A stretch of 63,805 nucleotides of DNA, the filler included, from Craspedostauros australis (taxonomy: Eukaryota): the NCBI GenBank assembly GCA_030167865.1. It is 21 parts of 21 records of this genome, joined end to end, with 100 filler letters (N's around TTAATTAATTAA, not from the genome) between each part and the next. Parts side by side here need not be neighbours in the genome. Positions count along the whole stretch, not along the records: positions 1 to 10,955 come from JALAGF010002827.1; 20 more parts are not named here. One strand, written 5' to 3'. Below the pieces are notes generated by a model. The model was not told the origin of the DNA. It saw nothing but the letters and a program-made list of their open reading frames with translations, and did not search any database. The position numbers were made by a program, and so were the translations under genes. Positions 1 to 11,055 of this stretch are shown piece after piece; positions within the stretch are counted from its first letter, which is position 1, and every line of letters begins with the position of its first letter.

Positions 1-1629
1 GCATACAGGAGCCACCCATGGACGAAACACTGTTGCAGTGGTGATGTTGGTGTACCTGTTGTTGTTGTTATTGTTGTGGTTGTGATTGTGATTGTGATTG
101 TAACAGGAACGAAGTGCTCTGTGGAGCAATGATCTCTGTGGAGAGTGTTGGGGTTGTGAGTTTTGTGTGCTCTGCGCTGGCCCAAGACAGCAGCCTTGTT
201 TTGCGCGGACCGGAGACGAAAACACGCTCAGCAAACACCGACACAGTGTAAAGTGGGGAAATGGAGCAATGACGAAGAGCGAAAGCAACTCGGGCGAATT
301 TTGGGGGGAAAGCACCAATTATCCAAAAANNAACNAAAATGCCATATTATTCCGTCGAGGATAAGAACTAGGCGGAAACAAGCGATTTATGACTTAAACG
401 CTATGAAATAGAGCCAATTATTGCATTTTGAACTGCCCCCCCAGGTGGAAGTTGTCACGCACATCGATGATTGGTCAATTTCATGCTCTTTGTTCCAGCA
501 GTTTCGCCACATCTTCAAAACACGAGCAAAACTCTCACAATTAGTATGTCAAATGACACCTTTCAGGACATTGTCCCCGCAGTAGTGCGTTACACTTATG
601 GTGCCTTTCGGCATCTATCCCTGCTGCGTGTTAAGTGCAATCCTCTCAGTCCGTCGCTGATGCTGAATTTTCATCGAGAAGAACAAACACATCACTGGAC
701 ATTCATTTAACGCCACGAATCTCGCATTGACGAACCACGTTTCCGCGTTCCTGCATTTTCACATCGACCAAAGTTTCTCCCTTCTGTTGTGTTTCCACCA
801 GAACAATCATGAAGCAACAACGAAGCAATGACAACACGAAGTGGAGTGATGGAGCAATGACGTTGGGCGGAGAAGGAATCGTGGATCGAACACGTCCAAC
901 ATCGACAGAGCGTGAAGCCTTTGGCGTTGTGTTGCGTTCCGTTGGATGGATCGTTCAACCGAGTGGCCAATCCTCATGCAACACCTCATCCTGGTGTGCA
1001 AGTGCAATGTGGGAGCACGCGACCATGGCGGTTTTATCGTTTCGGGTTGCCGTCGCATTCCTTCACTCGTCTTGGTTTCTGTTCGCTGAACGCGCACCGC
1101 CTTCACACTCACCATGCTCCACGTTTCATGCGGATACGTTCTGCTGGGCATGTGATGGAACGTGAGCCAGATCAGATGTTTGCAATTGCATTCCTGGCCT
1201 TCCGTGCCGGTACACACAGCCGCGTCCCCTCCTGCCCTCGAGAGCAGGGTCGGCTCTTCTTCATCGTTTCACCTTCACTGCATCTGTCTGACATCTTCAA
1301 CAGCTCCTCTCGTATCAGCCGCACATCCAAGAGATCATGACATAACGTGTCGTCTAATGATAGGTTGATTATGGTCTGGTGTGCTCCACTCGTGTATGCA
1401 CAACATGCGTGTTGCGTGGATGCGTACTGGTATTGACTGGTTGATTGCATTGGATTGGATTCATTCGGCTCAGGCCCGCCACCACGTCGAGTTGCATCTA
1501 TTTTCGTCCTTCACGCGATGACGGCATCGGGTTGCATCCCAAAGAGCTGCCATTCGTCCTCACACGCGCGCGCATTGACGCATGCCATGTACATTCACAC
1601 GAAAGTGCAACACTACACTATGCTTCACC

Positions 1630-3960
1630 TTACGAAGTCGTCCCCATGAGGAACGTCAGCATTTCATCAAAATTGTCCCCGAGCAGTTCGTACGCCTTGA
1701 TGACCTTCTGCAGAGGGAAGCCGTTCATCGTCAACTCTTGCACGATGGCGGGGTACTCTTCCGCTGCTGTGCTCATCAGACTCGTGCCGGTGGATGCATC
1801 GTCCAAGGATGCCACCGCGGAAGCTGCAGATGGCATCGATGCGACGGACGCAGCTGCCGGAGGGATGCTGATGCTGCTCGTTGGTGCCATGGAGTGCGCC
1901 TGCGATCGGAAGTCACCCAGCCCCAACGACGACGATGATGGGAATCTGGGACCTCCTGCAATTTTCACACCTCCTGTCGACGGCGCGGCGGCGACAGCAA
2001 CGATCGGTGGTGGTTTGGATTCGCCCGTGCGGTGCTTGGAATCACCTCTGGAGGAAGCGTTCGCCTGTTGCTTCAAACCGCTGGTTGTCTGCGAGGCCCG
2101 CAGTGACTGCTCCAACACTGCTTGCTCCATTTCGAAATACGTCGCGTCTGCATCTGACAAGTTCAAGGCGCGCTGGCTATACATCTACAGGATGGCAGCG
2201 ATCAGATTGATGAGTAGAAACAGCGTAACACAACGCAGTGCAGTGCAGAATAGTGCAGTGTAATATGGTGCAGCGACAACGATCGAAGCATCGACGCAAG
2301 CAATGGATCCGTGAGAATGGAACAGAGCAGAACTGTCAAAATCTTGGTACAGACATCAACAGAAGCGCCCGCAAGCCGCGCGCAACGTTGGAACTTACAT
2401 GCTCCACGGAGAGGCTGCTTTCCTTGATGGTCCGCTGCAATTCGTCATCTTCCGACTTCTTCATGACGCGCTGCAGCTGCTCCTCATCCGCCGCTTCATC
2501 CGATGCTGCCACCGCCTTCGCCACCTGCATCTTGTCGGCGAGGCCGGGCTGCAGCCCAGGTAGACCCAGTCCGAGACCTGCCGTGGGCACGAGCGGATCC
2601 ACCACCGCGTTGTAATGATTGCCGTCGTGGTAGCTTAATCGAAGGGGTGCGTCGCCCGTCTTGTAGTCGGCGTGGAAGATGTTGATGGGGAGGGGTCCGT
2701 TGTCAGGACAGTACACCTCGACAGGTCGATTGAAGAGCTCGCTGATTGCCTGTATCTCCGGATTGTTTCCATGGACGCCATCCCGCCGTTTGCGCTGCAC
2801 ATACAGATCGAATGGTTCACCCGTCACGAACTGTGCGAAGTGCTGCTGATCTCGCTCCTGTCAATGGCGTTGATATGAGCATGAAATAGTGCCCAGCCGT
2901 TCCAGTTGTGCCAACGTCCAGTCGAAGCGAGAAGAAAGGCGAGCCGAGATGAGAATTGACTTCTGGAAAGTTTGCCGCCAACATGAACCGACATTGATGC
3001 CAACGTCCACGCCAACACTGCACGCGAGTGTCTCATGGTTCCAAACACAACTTGAATAACGAGTGCTCGTAAAAGTCCTTTTCATACACATACACACACC
3101 ACATCGCAACACATGACATGACATGATATGACATGACATGCCGAACTCACCATAAAGTCCATGCATTGGTTTCGTATTTGCCCATGCATGGACGGATCGC
3201 CGTACACCTGCAGACTCACGGCGCGGAACAGACAGTTGCCGTCGCCTTCCTGCGGACGAATCTCTAGGCCCCGCTTCTTGAGCTGCGTGGCAAAATCTTC
3301 ATCGGACAGCATGAGATCCGTGCTGCTGACGCTGGTGCGGCTGGTGCGGACCGACGACGTGGGCGAGTGGTCACGCACATAGAGCCCCATCTTGCGTGCG
3401 GGTGGTTTGCGGTCGCCGACGTCGATGGGTGGTGATTTTATTTTGGTGGATGCGACGGCGATGGAAGTCTGACCGACGGTTGTCGCGGTGGAGTCAAGCT
3501 GCTTTGTTCGTTTGGTTGCGCAGTCGGATGGCGCTTGCTTTGCGTTGGGCTGCAGTGGAGCTGATTTGCGCTTTCGGTCGGTGGATTCCGGCGTTTCGCG
3601 CTTTGCAGATGATGACTTGGCCTTCGTCTCTTTGCAGCCGATCGGTGATTCGCGAGATGAGTCGTCGTCCGTGGAACGTGTCGTCTCTTCGGGTATTGAG
3701 TCTCGATCTGGGTTGAGGCTGTCCTTGGCGTTTGCTCGGTCGGATGCACCGGCTCGTAGCTGTATCGCAGGCTCGTTAGAAACGGCGTTGGCAGCACCCG
3801 CTCTCTTCTTGACGGTTGGCTTCTGCAGGACGCTATCGCCCTTGCGCTTGCGTGAAGTTGTGTCGGTTGCCGGCCTCTTTTCTTCCGTCGCGTTGCTACT
3901 GCTGTCGTTCTCTTCTTCGTCGTCGGAATCTCCCTTTTTGAGCGGGACAAGGACTCGCAT
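1630..3960 (-). CDS. OTU-domain deubiquitinase (OTUD5/OTLD1-like) with C-terminal UBA-like domain; 3 exons (3960-3151, 2857-2399, 2184-1630)
   Basis: Catalytic motifs QEGDGNCLFRAVS and YHDGNHYNAV. GT-AG introns 3150-2858 (GTGAGT..CAG) and 2398-2185 (GTAAGT..TAG) join CMDFM|ERDQQHFAQF and SVEH|MYSQ in frame. Ends in a UBA-like VQELTMNGFPLQKVIKAYELLG. Start codon uncertain. Confidence 0.9.
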
Positions 3961-5797
3961 TTCGTTGCGTGTGGGGTTTTGCAACGATAGATGAGGAAGC
4001 TGCGAGATGCACTGTACTCTCTGGAGAGTATGTGCTGCTGTGGATCAGCCGTGATGGGGAATGAAACGGCGCTCCGAGTCTCCACGCTGCGCTGGTTGCA
4101 GTTTGTGTGTGTGGGCGAGTCAACTCCTGTCAACTCCTGTTCGTTGGCCCTGTGCAGCTGTTGCGATGCTGGGAATGGACTTGCGGATTGTGAACGAAGT
4201 CTGAAGAACGGCTGTCTCCGAAACCAATCAACACGGTCGCGGCAGCGAGAATGGAGAATGAGTTCTCTGGAGAGAGCAATCGAGAAAGAAGCGGCGCGCA
4301 GTCTCCGATTGGTTGTGCTTGTGCTTGTGCTTGTGGATGTGCTTGTTATTGTGGATGCAACTGTGACTCCTCTGTCTGTCTATTGATTACGAATGTGCTA
4401 TCGCCAACCAGGGCGTCAAACTTCGTCCCACGGTCGCGGAGAGCAAGCTATGATACAAACTAGAGAAAGTGCTGCTCAGCTCAGCTCTGTCCTACTCGTA
4501 CTCGTATCAGTGTTCGTACTCGTCCCGGTACTGGTGCACGTGCAGACCAAGAAACGTGGGATGTCGAGAATTCCTCCCAACAACTTTCTTGATGGATGCG
4601 CTCACGTCGCAAAAGGGTCGTTCTGCTCTTTCCGATTGGTTGCTCGTCCCTCTCTCTCTCCCTCTGTGTCTTTCCAACTCTCCTGGATCTGTGGCGCTTT
4701 CCAATGGATGTGCTGCCGAGGCGATTGCTCTGGAAGAAGAAGGAGATGTGATGAATGGTATGGAGGTGTCTTGGTTGCTTCTTGGTTGTGGAGAGTAGCA
4801 CAAGGCTGTTTGTGCTGGTCCGGAGCATGGTGTCCTCCTCTCTGCTCTCCTGTGGTTGCCTTTCCAAGCGTTCTCGCTCTCCGCGATTGCTGTCAGCATC
4901 GCGCGTAACGCTACACGAGAACGGCCTCTCTGGCATCATCGCCTGCCAAGAAACAACGATGCCAAGACGTGTCCTATGAGACTGTTATCGGACGTTCTTC
5001 ATTTAATCTTGTTCAGTCAACGATAAAACGAGATGTCACACACACAATTATCGACCACGACAAAACATGGTCACACGATGCCTCTCTCCGTGCAATACTG
5101 AGTTCACAGCACAACCGCTTCCGCAAACACTGATCTCCCACCATCCGTTGGCTGTTTCATGTCAGGTGGCGCAGATGCATTACTCCACGTACGACTATTA
5201 TTCTCGGAGTCAACATCATTGATGCACATCGTACTCGTCTAACGCACGACACACCTCGTTGCACGTACAAGTGAGGCGCGGATCGATGCAGGCCGCATGT
5301 CGTCTCTGCGAGCATCGGCATGCTATTCGTTTCAGTGCTTTTATAGATACAATTGGAATAACGGAATATGGGTCTAAATTGGTGTAGTTTATCATCTCTT
5401 TGGATGTTTCTGAATCACAAACGGAGGAGCTCATTTTGTGCGATTCGTTGTATGGGTCAGGTTGGTGCGCGGGCCAATGCAGCACGTCGTCGAGGAACAT
5501 GGATGCGGCAGTGTCGATGACATTGGACGATGATGGTGCAAGCGGGACGTGGCGAGCATCGCTGCCGTCATCATCGTCGTCGTCGAAATGAATGCAACGC
5601 GTGTAGTGATATGAAGGGTCCAAACCTTCACGCTTCGTATGCCATTGCAATCGTCGCCGCCGTTGGTCTGAGTGGATACGTGGAATACAATACTTACCAG
5701 ATGTGAAGGTCGGATCAATATGAATGTAGGAGTACAGATACGGATAGTGTGGGAATTCTCAGACCGCTCGCCCTCTCTCCAGTGGTTGCCTTGCGTC

Positions 5798-6430
5798 TTA
5801 CACAAGCAACGTGGATTTGGGCGAGTCGAAAGTATCGGAGAAGGTGACAGTGTTGCGCTTCTTGTGCTGGACGATCATCTTTGGAATGTCTCTCCCTTTC
5901 TCTGCGTCGCGAAGCTTCTTGTCTCGCGACTGCTTTGCGCCTGCGCTGCGAGGGCTACCGCTGCGACTTCGGCTGCGTGCAGATTTCTTGCCCGCGCCGC
6001 TAGCACCGGGTTGCTGACTTGCCTCGGCCTCGGCGTCTCTCTTGGGCAGCATCTGAACGCGGAAGGGACCCATCTGATAGTTCTCGGGCAGCGGAGCACC
6101 AAACATCATGACGCATGCCTTCCAGCAGACGTCGGGCCGTTCGACGGTCCTGTCCGTGCTCGGCATGGACTCGATGGCCGGGATGGCCATGTCGAGAGGC
6201 GATTCCAACACCAGCGGCCGTTTCTTTTGCGGCGTGTAGAAGAAGCGACGATCCTTGCGCGCGAAGCATCGCTCGTAGTTCTTGTCTTCGTCGAACTGCG
6301 CGAGCTCTGCCAGCACTGCGTCGCGAACAGACGCGATCTTGCCGATGATGTTGTCGAAGATGTTCGGCGGGGTCCATGACGGCGCTCCCGTCAGGGAAGC
6401 GAAGGATTGGGACGGCAGGATGGTCACCAT
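5798..6430 (-). CDS. hypothetical protein
   Basis: About 210-aa ORF with GC3-rich coding-like codon usage; no recognised motif. Confidence 0.4.
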   Translation of the reverse strand: MVTILPSQSFASLTGAPSWTPPNIFDNIIGKIASVRDAVLAELAQFDEDKNYERCFARKDRRFFYTPQKKRPLVLESPLDMAIPAIESMPSTDRTVERPDVCWKACVMMFGAPLPENYQMGPFRVQMLPKRDAEAEASQQPGASGAGKKSARSRSRSGSPRSAGAKQSRDKKLRDAEKGRDIPKMIVQHKKRNTVTFSDTFDSPKSTLLV

Positions 6431-7060
6431 GGTTGCCTCCTCCACCTCGCGTCTTTCGTTTTCGCTTTCGTCTCTGTCGCCGTTGCGTGCTGCTGCGTCT
6501 CAACGACCGGGTCGTCCACCTCAATGCGATCCCGTCTTTTGCGTTTGTTCGCATTCGATCACTCTTGTGCACAATCCAGTCGTTTCATTTTTATGCGCCT
6601 CCGCGAATTTCAACGATTCCCATCGCCTTGTTGCCATGGTGCATGCGCAGCAGACTAAACTTACACAGCGTGCCCCCTTGGGATCCGACAACAATCCCAA
6701 CGTCGTGAGTTGCGCCAACGCCGCCACACAGGAGTTCAACCGAAGTTTTCCACATGCTCAAATGCGCCGAGATGTGCGCCATCTCCAAATTGTGACACCC
6801 GCTTGGCGCACCGTGTCTGTTGCGAGCAATCTTGCTTTTGGCGCGACTTGAGCGAAGGGCCGAAAAATCTTGGTTGTTCTTCATAGTAGTCTAACGTCAT
6901 GAGAATAGAACTATGCGGTTTTGCGTGATGGGGCGAAGTGTTTCCAACGGGGTGTGGACCGCGACTCCAATTGTTGGGATATCTTCGTCCACTCATCCTT
7001 TCGCTCTCCACTGACTTCGAATCGACTTCGAATCGACTTCAAATCTACATCATGACTACA

Positions 7061-7930
7061 TCAATCTTGCGTGCAATAGGAAGGCGGGAGGAACAGTTTT
7101 TCGACATCCTCTACCTGCGATGTTGGCGCGTCGGTCATGTCTTCGTATTCCAACACATGAAACGATGCCTTCATGCTATGAAAGTACCACTGCACTGGCT
7201 CTCCCGTGTCCTTATCGGCGTAGTATTCGATGAAGTCCGCCTTCGTCCATCCGCACACCTTAGTGGACGTGTGATGTTGCTGTGCTGTTGCGTGCCTGGG
7301 CGTCGTCTTGTTGCGTGTGACACTGCCGCTCACATCATCAATCCAATACTCGCCCGTTGGTGATGCACCCTTCAACCAATCAGGCCGGAGGATGCCGACA
7401 GGGAAATGAATCGATTTGCAGGTCTTGAGAGATGGATAGAAGTAGTAAGATTCGTAGTACGTGTCGTCATCGGGTGTGTGCTTCGCAAACGACAACTCCA
7501 GATCCCACAGTGTCGGCTTGCTTGTGTTGTCCAGAGATGTGATTTGGACCAGGTTCGCGCCGTAGATCCAATCGTAGTATGTGACGGCGATGGCCGTATC
7601 AACGCGGCTGTCCGCGTCCGGGATACGTCGTTGCACCACCTTCAAGCGATCTGGCCAAATTGGTGGTGGTCGATTCAAGCAGTCCTGCGTACTTGGCGGC
7701 GTTGACGTGCGCTGCTTCTGCATGAAAGGCTGCGCAATGGCAACCGGCTCTCTCATGTCACGCGTCGTCTCTGTCAGCTTCTCCGCCCAGCGACGTGTCG
7801 CCATGGAAGCAACTGTCCCCCTTCGCAGCGATATCATCGTCATTGGCATGCGCGTGGCGATGGTGATTGCCACCACGATGAGGCAAGGCACAACGATCAA
7901 GGCACATGAGTGCGCGTATGACACCTTCAT
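7061..7930 (-). CDS. membrane-anchored/secreted protein of the plant At4g14100-like uncharacterised family
   Basis: N-terminal hydrophobic segment, then WP..YYDW..GANL..I..LWDLE..C.S.HFPVGILRPDWLKGA..W.KADFI.YY.D..T.EPVQW.F..P.YC, matching the family pattern as I recall it. The ORF extends upstream to 8260. Confidence 0.7.
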   Translation of the reverse strand: MKVSYAHSCALIVVPCLIVVAITIATRMPMTMISLRRGTVASMATRRWAEKLTETTRDMREPVAIAQPFMQKQRTSTPPSTQDCLNRPPPIWPDRLKVVQRRIPDADSRVDTAIAVTYYDWIYGANLVQITSLDNTSKPTLWDLELSFAKHTPDDDTYYESYYFYPSLKTCKSIHFPVGILRPDWLKGASPTGEYWIDDVSGSVTRNKTTPRHATAQQHHTSTKVCGWTKADFIEYYADKDTGEPVQWYFHSMKASFHVLEYEDMTDAPTSQVEDVEKLFLPPSYCTQD

Positions 7931-8612
7931 AGTCAGTCGTAGCGTAGAGTAGAGAATAGCGGGGGATGTCGACCTTGAACCGGATGGTATTGTACCAAAG
8001 TCGAGGTGGAAGCAACACGAAGCCAGAACGAGAAAGAGTGAGCAACCTGAAACCGGAGATGGGGAACAGGCTATCCAAGTCTTGCTGGCGGCTGCAGCTG
8101 GTGGCGGGATTCTGATCTCCGGAAACATCAGCTGCTGTCCTGTTGCTGCTGCGTCCTTGTCCTTCTCGGGCAGCAGATGTCCACCGCATGAGAAAAAAGT
8201 ATCTTTCGCGGAGATTCTCATCGTCTCGCTCTGTGCCATGTCGTCGTCGCTCACCGACAAGCCGAAGGCTGCCTGTCACATGCAGCACTTCACGCCTCGT
8301 GCTGACGCGTATGGCGATGTGACGCCTGGAAAGCAGCGAGGCTTGAGCAGAAGCGCCACAGCAAGACGTGGCGCAGCGACGCAGTTTCTGAATTAGATCA
8401 TGTTGTGAACGGATGAGAGCAGAGCGGAAGAGGGTGAAGTTGTAAAACTGTAGGTATTGTATTATAGAGTATTATATTATGTAATAGATGTATGCATGGC
8501 GATACATGTCCTGGAATGCAGGTTCATGTCCATGTATTGGACAATGTATTGGACGATGTATTGTGGAGTACTTTCATTTGAAGCACGGATAGTCAGCGTG
8601 TCACGCGCCACT

Positions 8613-9665
8613 TTATTTGCTCCACTTGTGTGGAAGCTCCGTGAGAAGGGCGTGCATGAGGTTGTGGTTGCGCCCTGCCCGCGCCAGCACATGAGGAAAG
8701 ATGGACGGCGGGGTATCATCTCTCCGCATGATGGCGCGTCCTCGGCAATTGGCATCGATCCAAAACGTGAGCTCCTCGCGAAACGGCGAGGAGTACTGGA
8801 ACGTGTTGGAATACAAAAAGATGCGTTGGAGACGGTGGTTGTTGTTGCGCAGACACAGGCACAGCTCTTGGATGCCGCAGTCGCCGATCTCGCACTGGCC
8901 CAGAGCCAGGATCCGAATCTTCGTGTCGAGCTCGTTGAGTGCGTGTTGGCAGAGGTAGTAGACTCCGGTGTCGCTTACGGGGTTGTTGGAGAGGATGAGG
9001 TGTTGCAACTCCTTCACGTTTGGAATTCTCAACGCGAGCTGCTCTGCGACTTCCCATCGGATGGCATTGTCGTCGAGATCCACCGTCGCCAGTTGTGGAC
9101 ATCTGGTGAAGGCATCAAACAGCCTCTCCCAGCAACCCTGATCGAAGAGCGAGCCATCTTGCCCATTGGTCTTCTTCAGCTCAACAGACTTGAGCATTCC
9201 GAACCATTTGAGGTCGTGGAAGGTGGGTAGGACGGTGGCCAGCGCAGAAAAGACCTCGGGGCATCGTGGCATGTTGGAGCACTCCAGACGGTGCAACGAC
9301 TTGATGTTGGCAAGGACTGACAGCAGCCTCTCAAAAACAAGGAAAGAGTCAGCGCCACCAAAGAGCGCAGCATCGCAACCCGCGTCTTGGTCACGCGACA
9401 ATCTCCAAGTCACCTCAACGCGCTCCGCCACGATCTGTTTCTTCGTGTTGCCATCGCTGCCATCGTCGCGAATGGTTTGCAGCACGGTTTGCTCCCACAA
9501 TGCCATGTCGCTGCTTGCGCGCATGTTCTCGATCAAATCAGCCATGTCAATGCTGACCGCCGCATTGTGAAACAACGAAACGAACGAAGATGAGAATTCC
9601 TCACCGGACGGGCATCGAGTTGCGCCGCCGCCAATCGCAGTGATCTTGGATACCAACGCCGCCAT
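8613..9665 (-). CDS. RNI-like leucine-rich repeat protein
   Basis: LRRs LATVDLDDNAI, LQHLILSNNPVSDTGV, IRILALGQCEIGDCGI, LQRIFLYSN; C-terminal FWIDANCRGR..PSIFPHVLARA typical of diatom LRR proteins. Confidence 0.85.
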   Translation of the reverse strand: MAALVSKITAIGGGATRCPSGEEFSSSFVSLFHNAAVSIDMADLIENMRASSDMALWEQTVLQTIRDDGSDGNTKKQIVAERVEVTWRLSRDQDAGCDAALFGGADSFLVFERLLSVLANIKSLHRLECSNMPRCPEVFSALATVLPTFHDLKWFGMLKSVELKKTNGQDGSLFDQGCWERLFDAFTRCPQLATVDLDDNAIRWEVAEQLALRIPNVKELQHLILSNNPVSDTGVYYLCQHALNELDTKIRILALGQCEIGDCGIQELCLCLRNNNHRLQRIFLYSNTFQYSSPFREELTFWIDANCRGRAIMRRDDTPPSIFPHVLARAGRNHNLMHALLTELPHKWSK

Positions 9666-10409
9666 CGTGACTGTGTCTTGGAAGGAGATTCGTGTGGGGT
9701 GAATTGGTATGATGTGTAGTGCTCGTGGAGGTATGGCGGTGCGGTCGGTTGCTTACTTCGCTTCTGCTCTGTTACGTTTGCTGATGCTGTTCTTGTTGCT
9801 GTTTATGATGTCTGGGCTGTTGCTCTTGTTCTTTGCTGGGAGCTTCTGCTGCGGATGTTTGGCTGATCGTGAAGTTGGACTCGGGGAGGCGCGGTGCGAA
9901 GATTATGACAACAACCGACCATCGGTATCCGAACCACGATCGTGCCTCTCACATCACCAGGCGAAAGCCGCACACGGACACAACAACACCACCTCTCTCG
10001 CTCAGCCTTGGTTGCGGTGTTCTCGTTGCGACCGCTCAAAAAGCGCACAAGGAAGAGAAAGAGAAGTACAAACGCAACATCCGCCACTGCTCTTGGTGTC
10101 AACGAAACCAGAACCCTGGAACAAGGTGGGAAAGTGTGCAGAACACGAGCGAAAAAAAACATACCTTCGCTGAGAAATGTGAGGTTGGCGGTTAATCAAG
10201 CGTTAACGGAGGTTCACGAAATGACTGGGAAGACATCAACGGAAAGAACCCATGGTGCGAGCTCCGCGTCCTGGGCTGTCCGGCGTTAGAGAAAGAGAAT
10301 AGAGAGTGGGCAGGGCGGCGTGTAGTCGTATGCAGTGACGAAGACTATCGCTTATTCTCTACTGGTTCCGTAATGATACGATGATCTGGTCTGTATCCAT
10401 GATAGCTTC

Positions 10410-10955
10410 CTACTTCTTCAACAAAGCATCCTTCTCATCGCCATCGGCCTTGTCGCCCTTTCCTTCTTCGATCCTCACGTAGCGTCCGTGGATGGGGTGA
10501 AAGACTCCAACCGGCGCGTTGCAGGAGGATGTGCGAGTGGTCATGCAGCGAAGCAAACGAAGACATCCGTAGCATCCCCAGATGCCCATCACACACGAGA
10601 GCAGCACGACGGTGACCACCCATGCGATGATCGTTGGCAAGCTCTTTTCGAGACCGTCGGCGGCGGCGTACACCACGCGAGTCAGCTGCATGGCGTCGGC
10701 TTGGCAGTTCACCTCGACGTGGGTGGATCCTGCCGGGATCTCGTCGAAGTACTGCGCCAGACGTTCTTGGATGACGGGGTTGTCGACCGCGTGGCAACGC
10801 GAGCCAACAGCGACGCACATATCCGGGAACAGCATGAGCTTGTCGGCGATGGTGTCGAAATCATCGAAGTCGTCGCTGCTGAAGGAGTCCCACGAATCGG
10901 AGCTGTCCATGAAGTTCTGAGTCATGTTGAAGAACCAATGGAGCGGTTGAGGACG
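10410..10955 (-). CDS. single-pass membrane protein, 5'-partial, unknown function
   Basis: Frame open from the contig end; TM segment IIAWVVTVVLLSCVMGIWGC near the C-terminus. Confidence 0.55.
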   Translation of the reverse strand, partial: RPQPLHWFFNMTQNFMDSSDSWDSFSSDDFDDFDTIADKLMLFPDMCVAVGSRCHAVDNPVIQERLAQYFDEIPAGSTHVEVNCQADAMQLTRVVYAAADGLEKSLPTIIAWVVTVVLLSCVMGIWGCYGCLRLLRCMTTRTSSCNAPVGVFHPIHGRYVRIEEGKGDKADGDEKDALLKK

Positions 10956-11055
10956 NNNNNNNNNNNNNNNNNNNNNNNNNNNNNNNNNNNNNNNNNNNNT
11001 TAATTAATTAANNNNNNNNNNNNNNNNNNNNNNNNNNNNNNNNNNNNNNNNNNNN
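10956..11055. other. artificial contig spacer N44-TTAATTAATTAA-N44 (first of 20 in the window)
   Basis: Same six-frame-stop linker near 11000, 13988, 15646, 18701, 20175, 26054, 30180, 31771, 34045, 36513, 38938, 46908, 52518, 54056, 55387, 56664, 58385, 59866, 61556 and 62664. Confidence 0.98.

Noticed and set aside
1445..4386. Long plus-strand ORFs (e.g. 1445-2263, 3488-3994)
   Set aside because: Antisense shadows of the OTU gene
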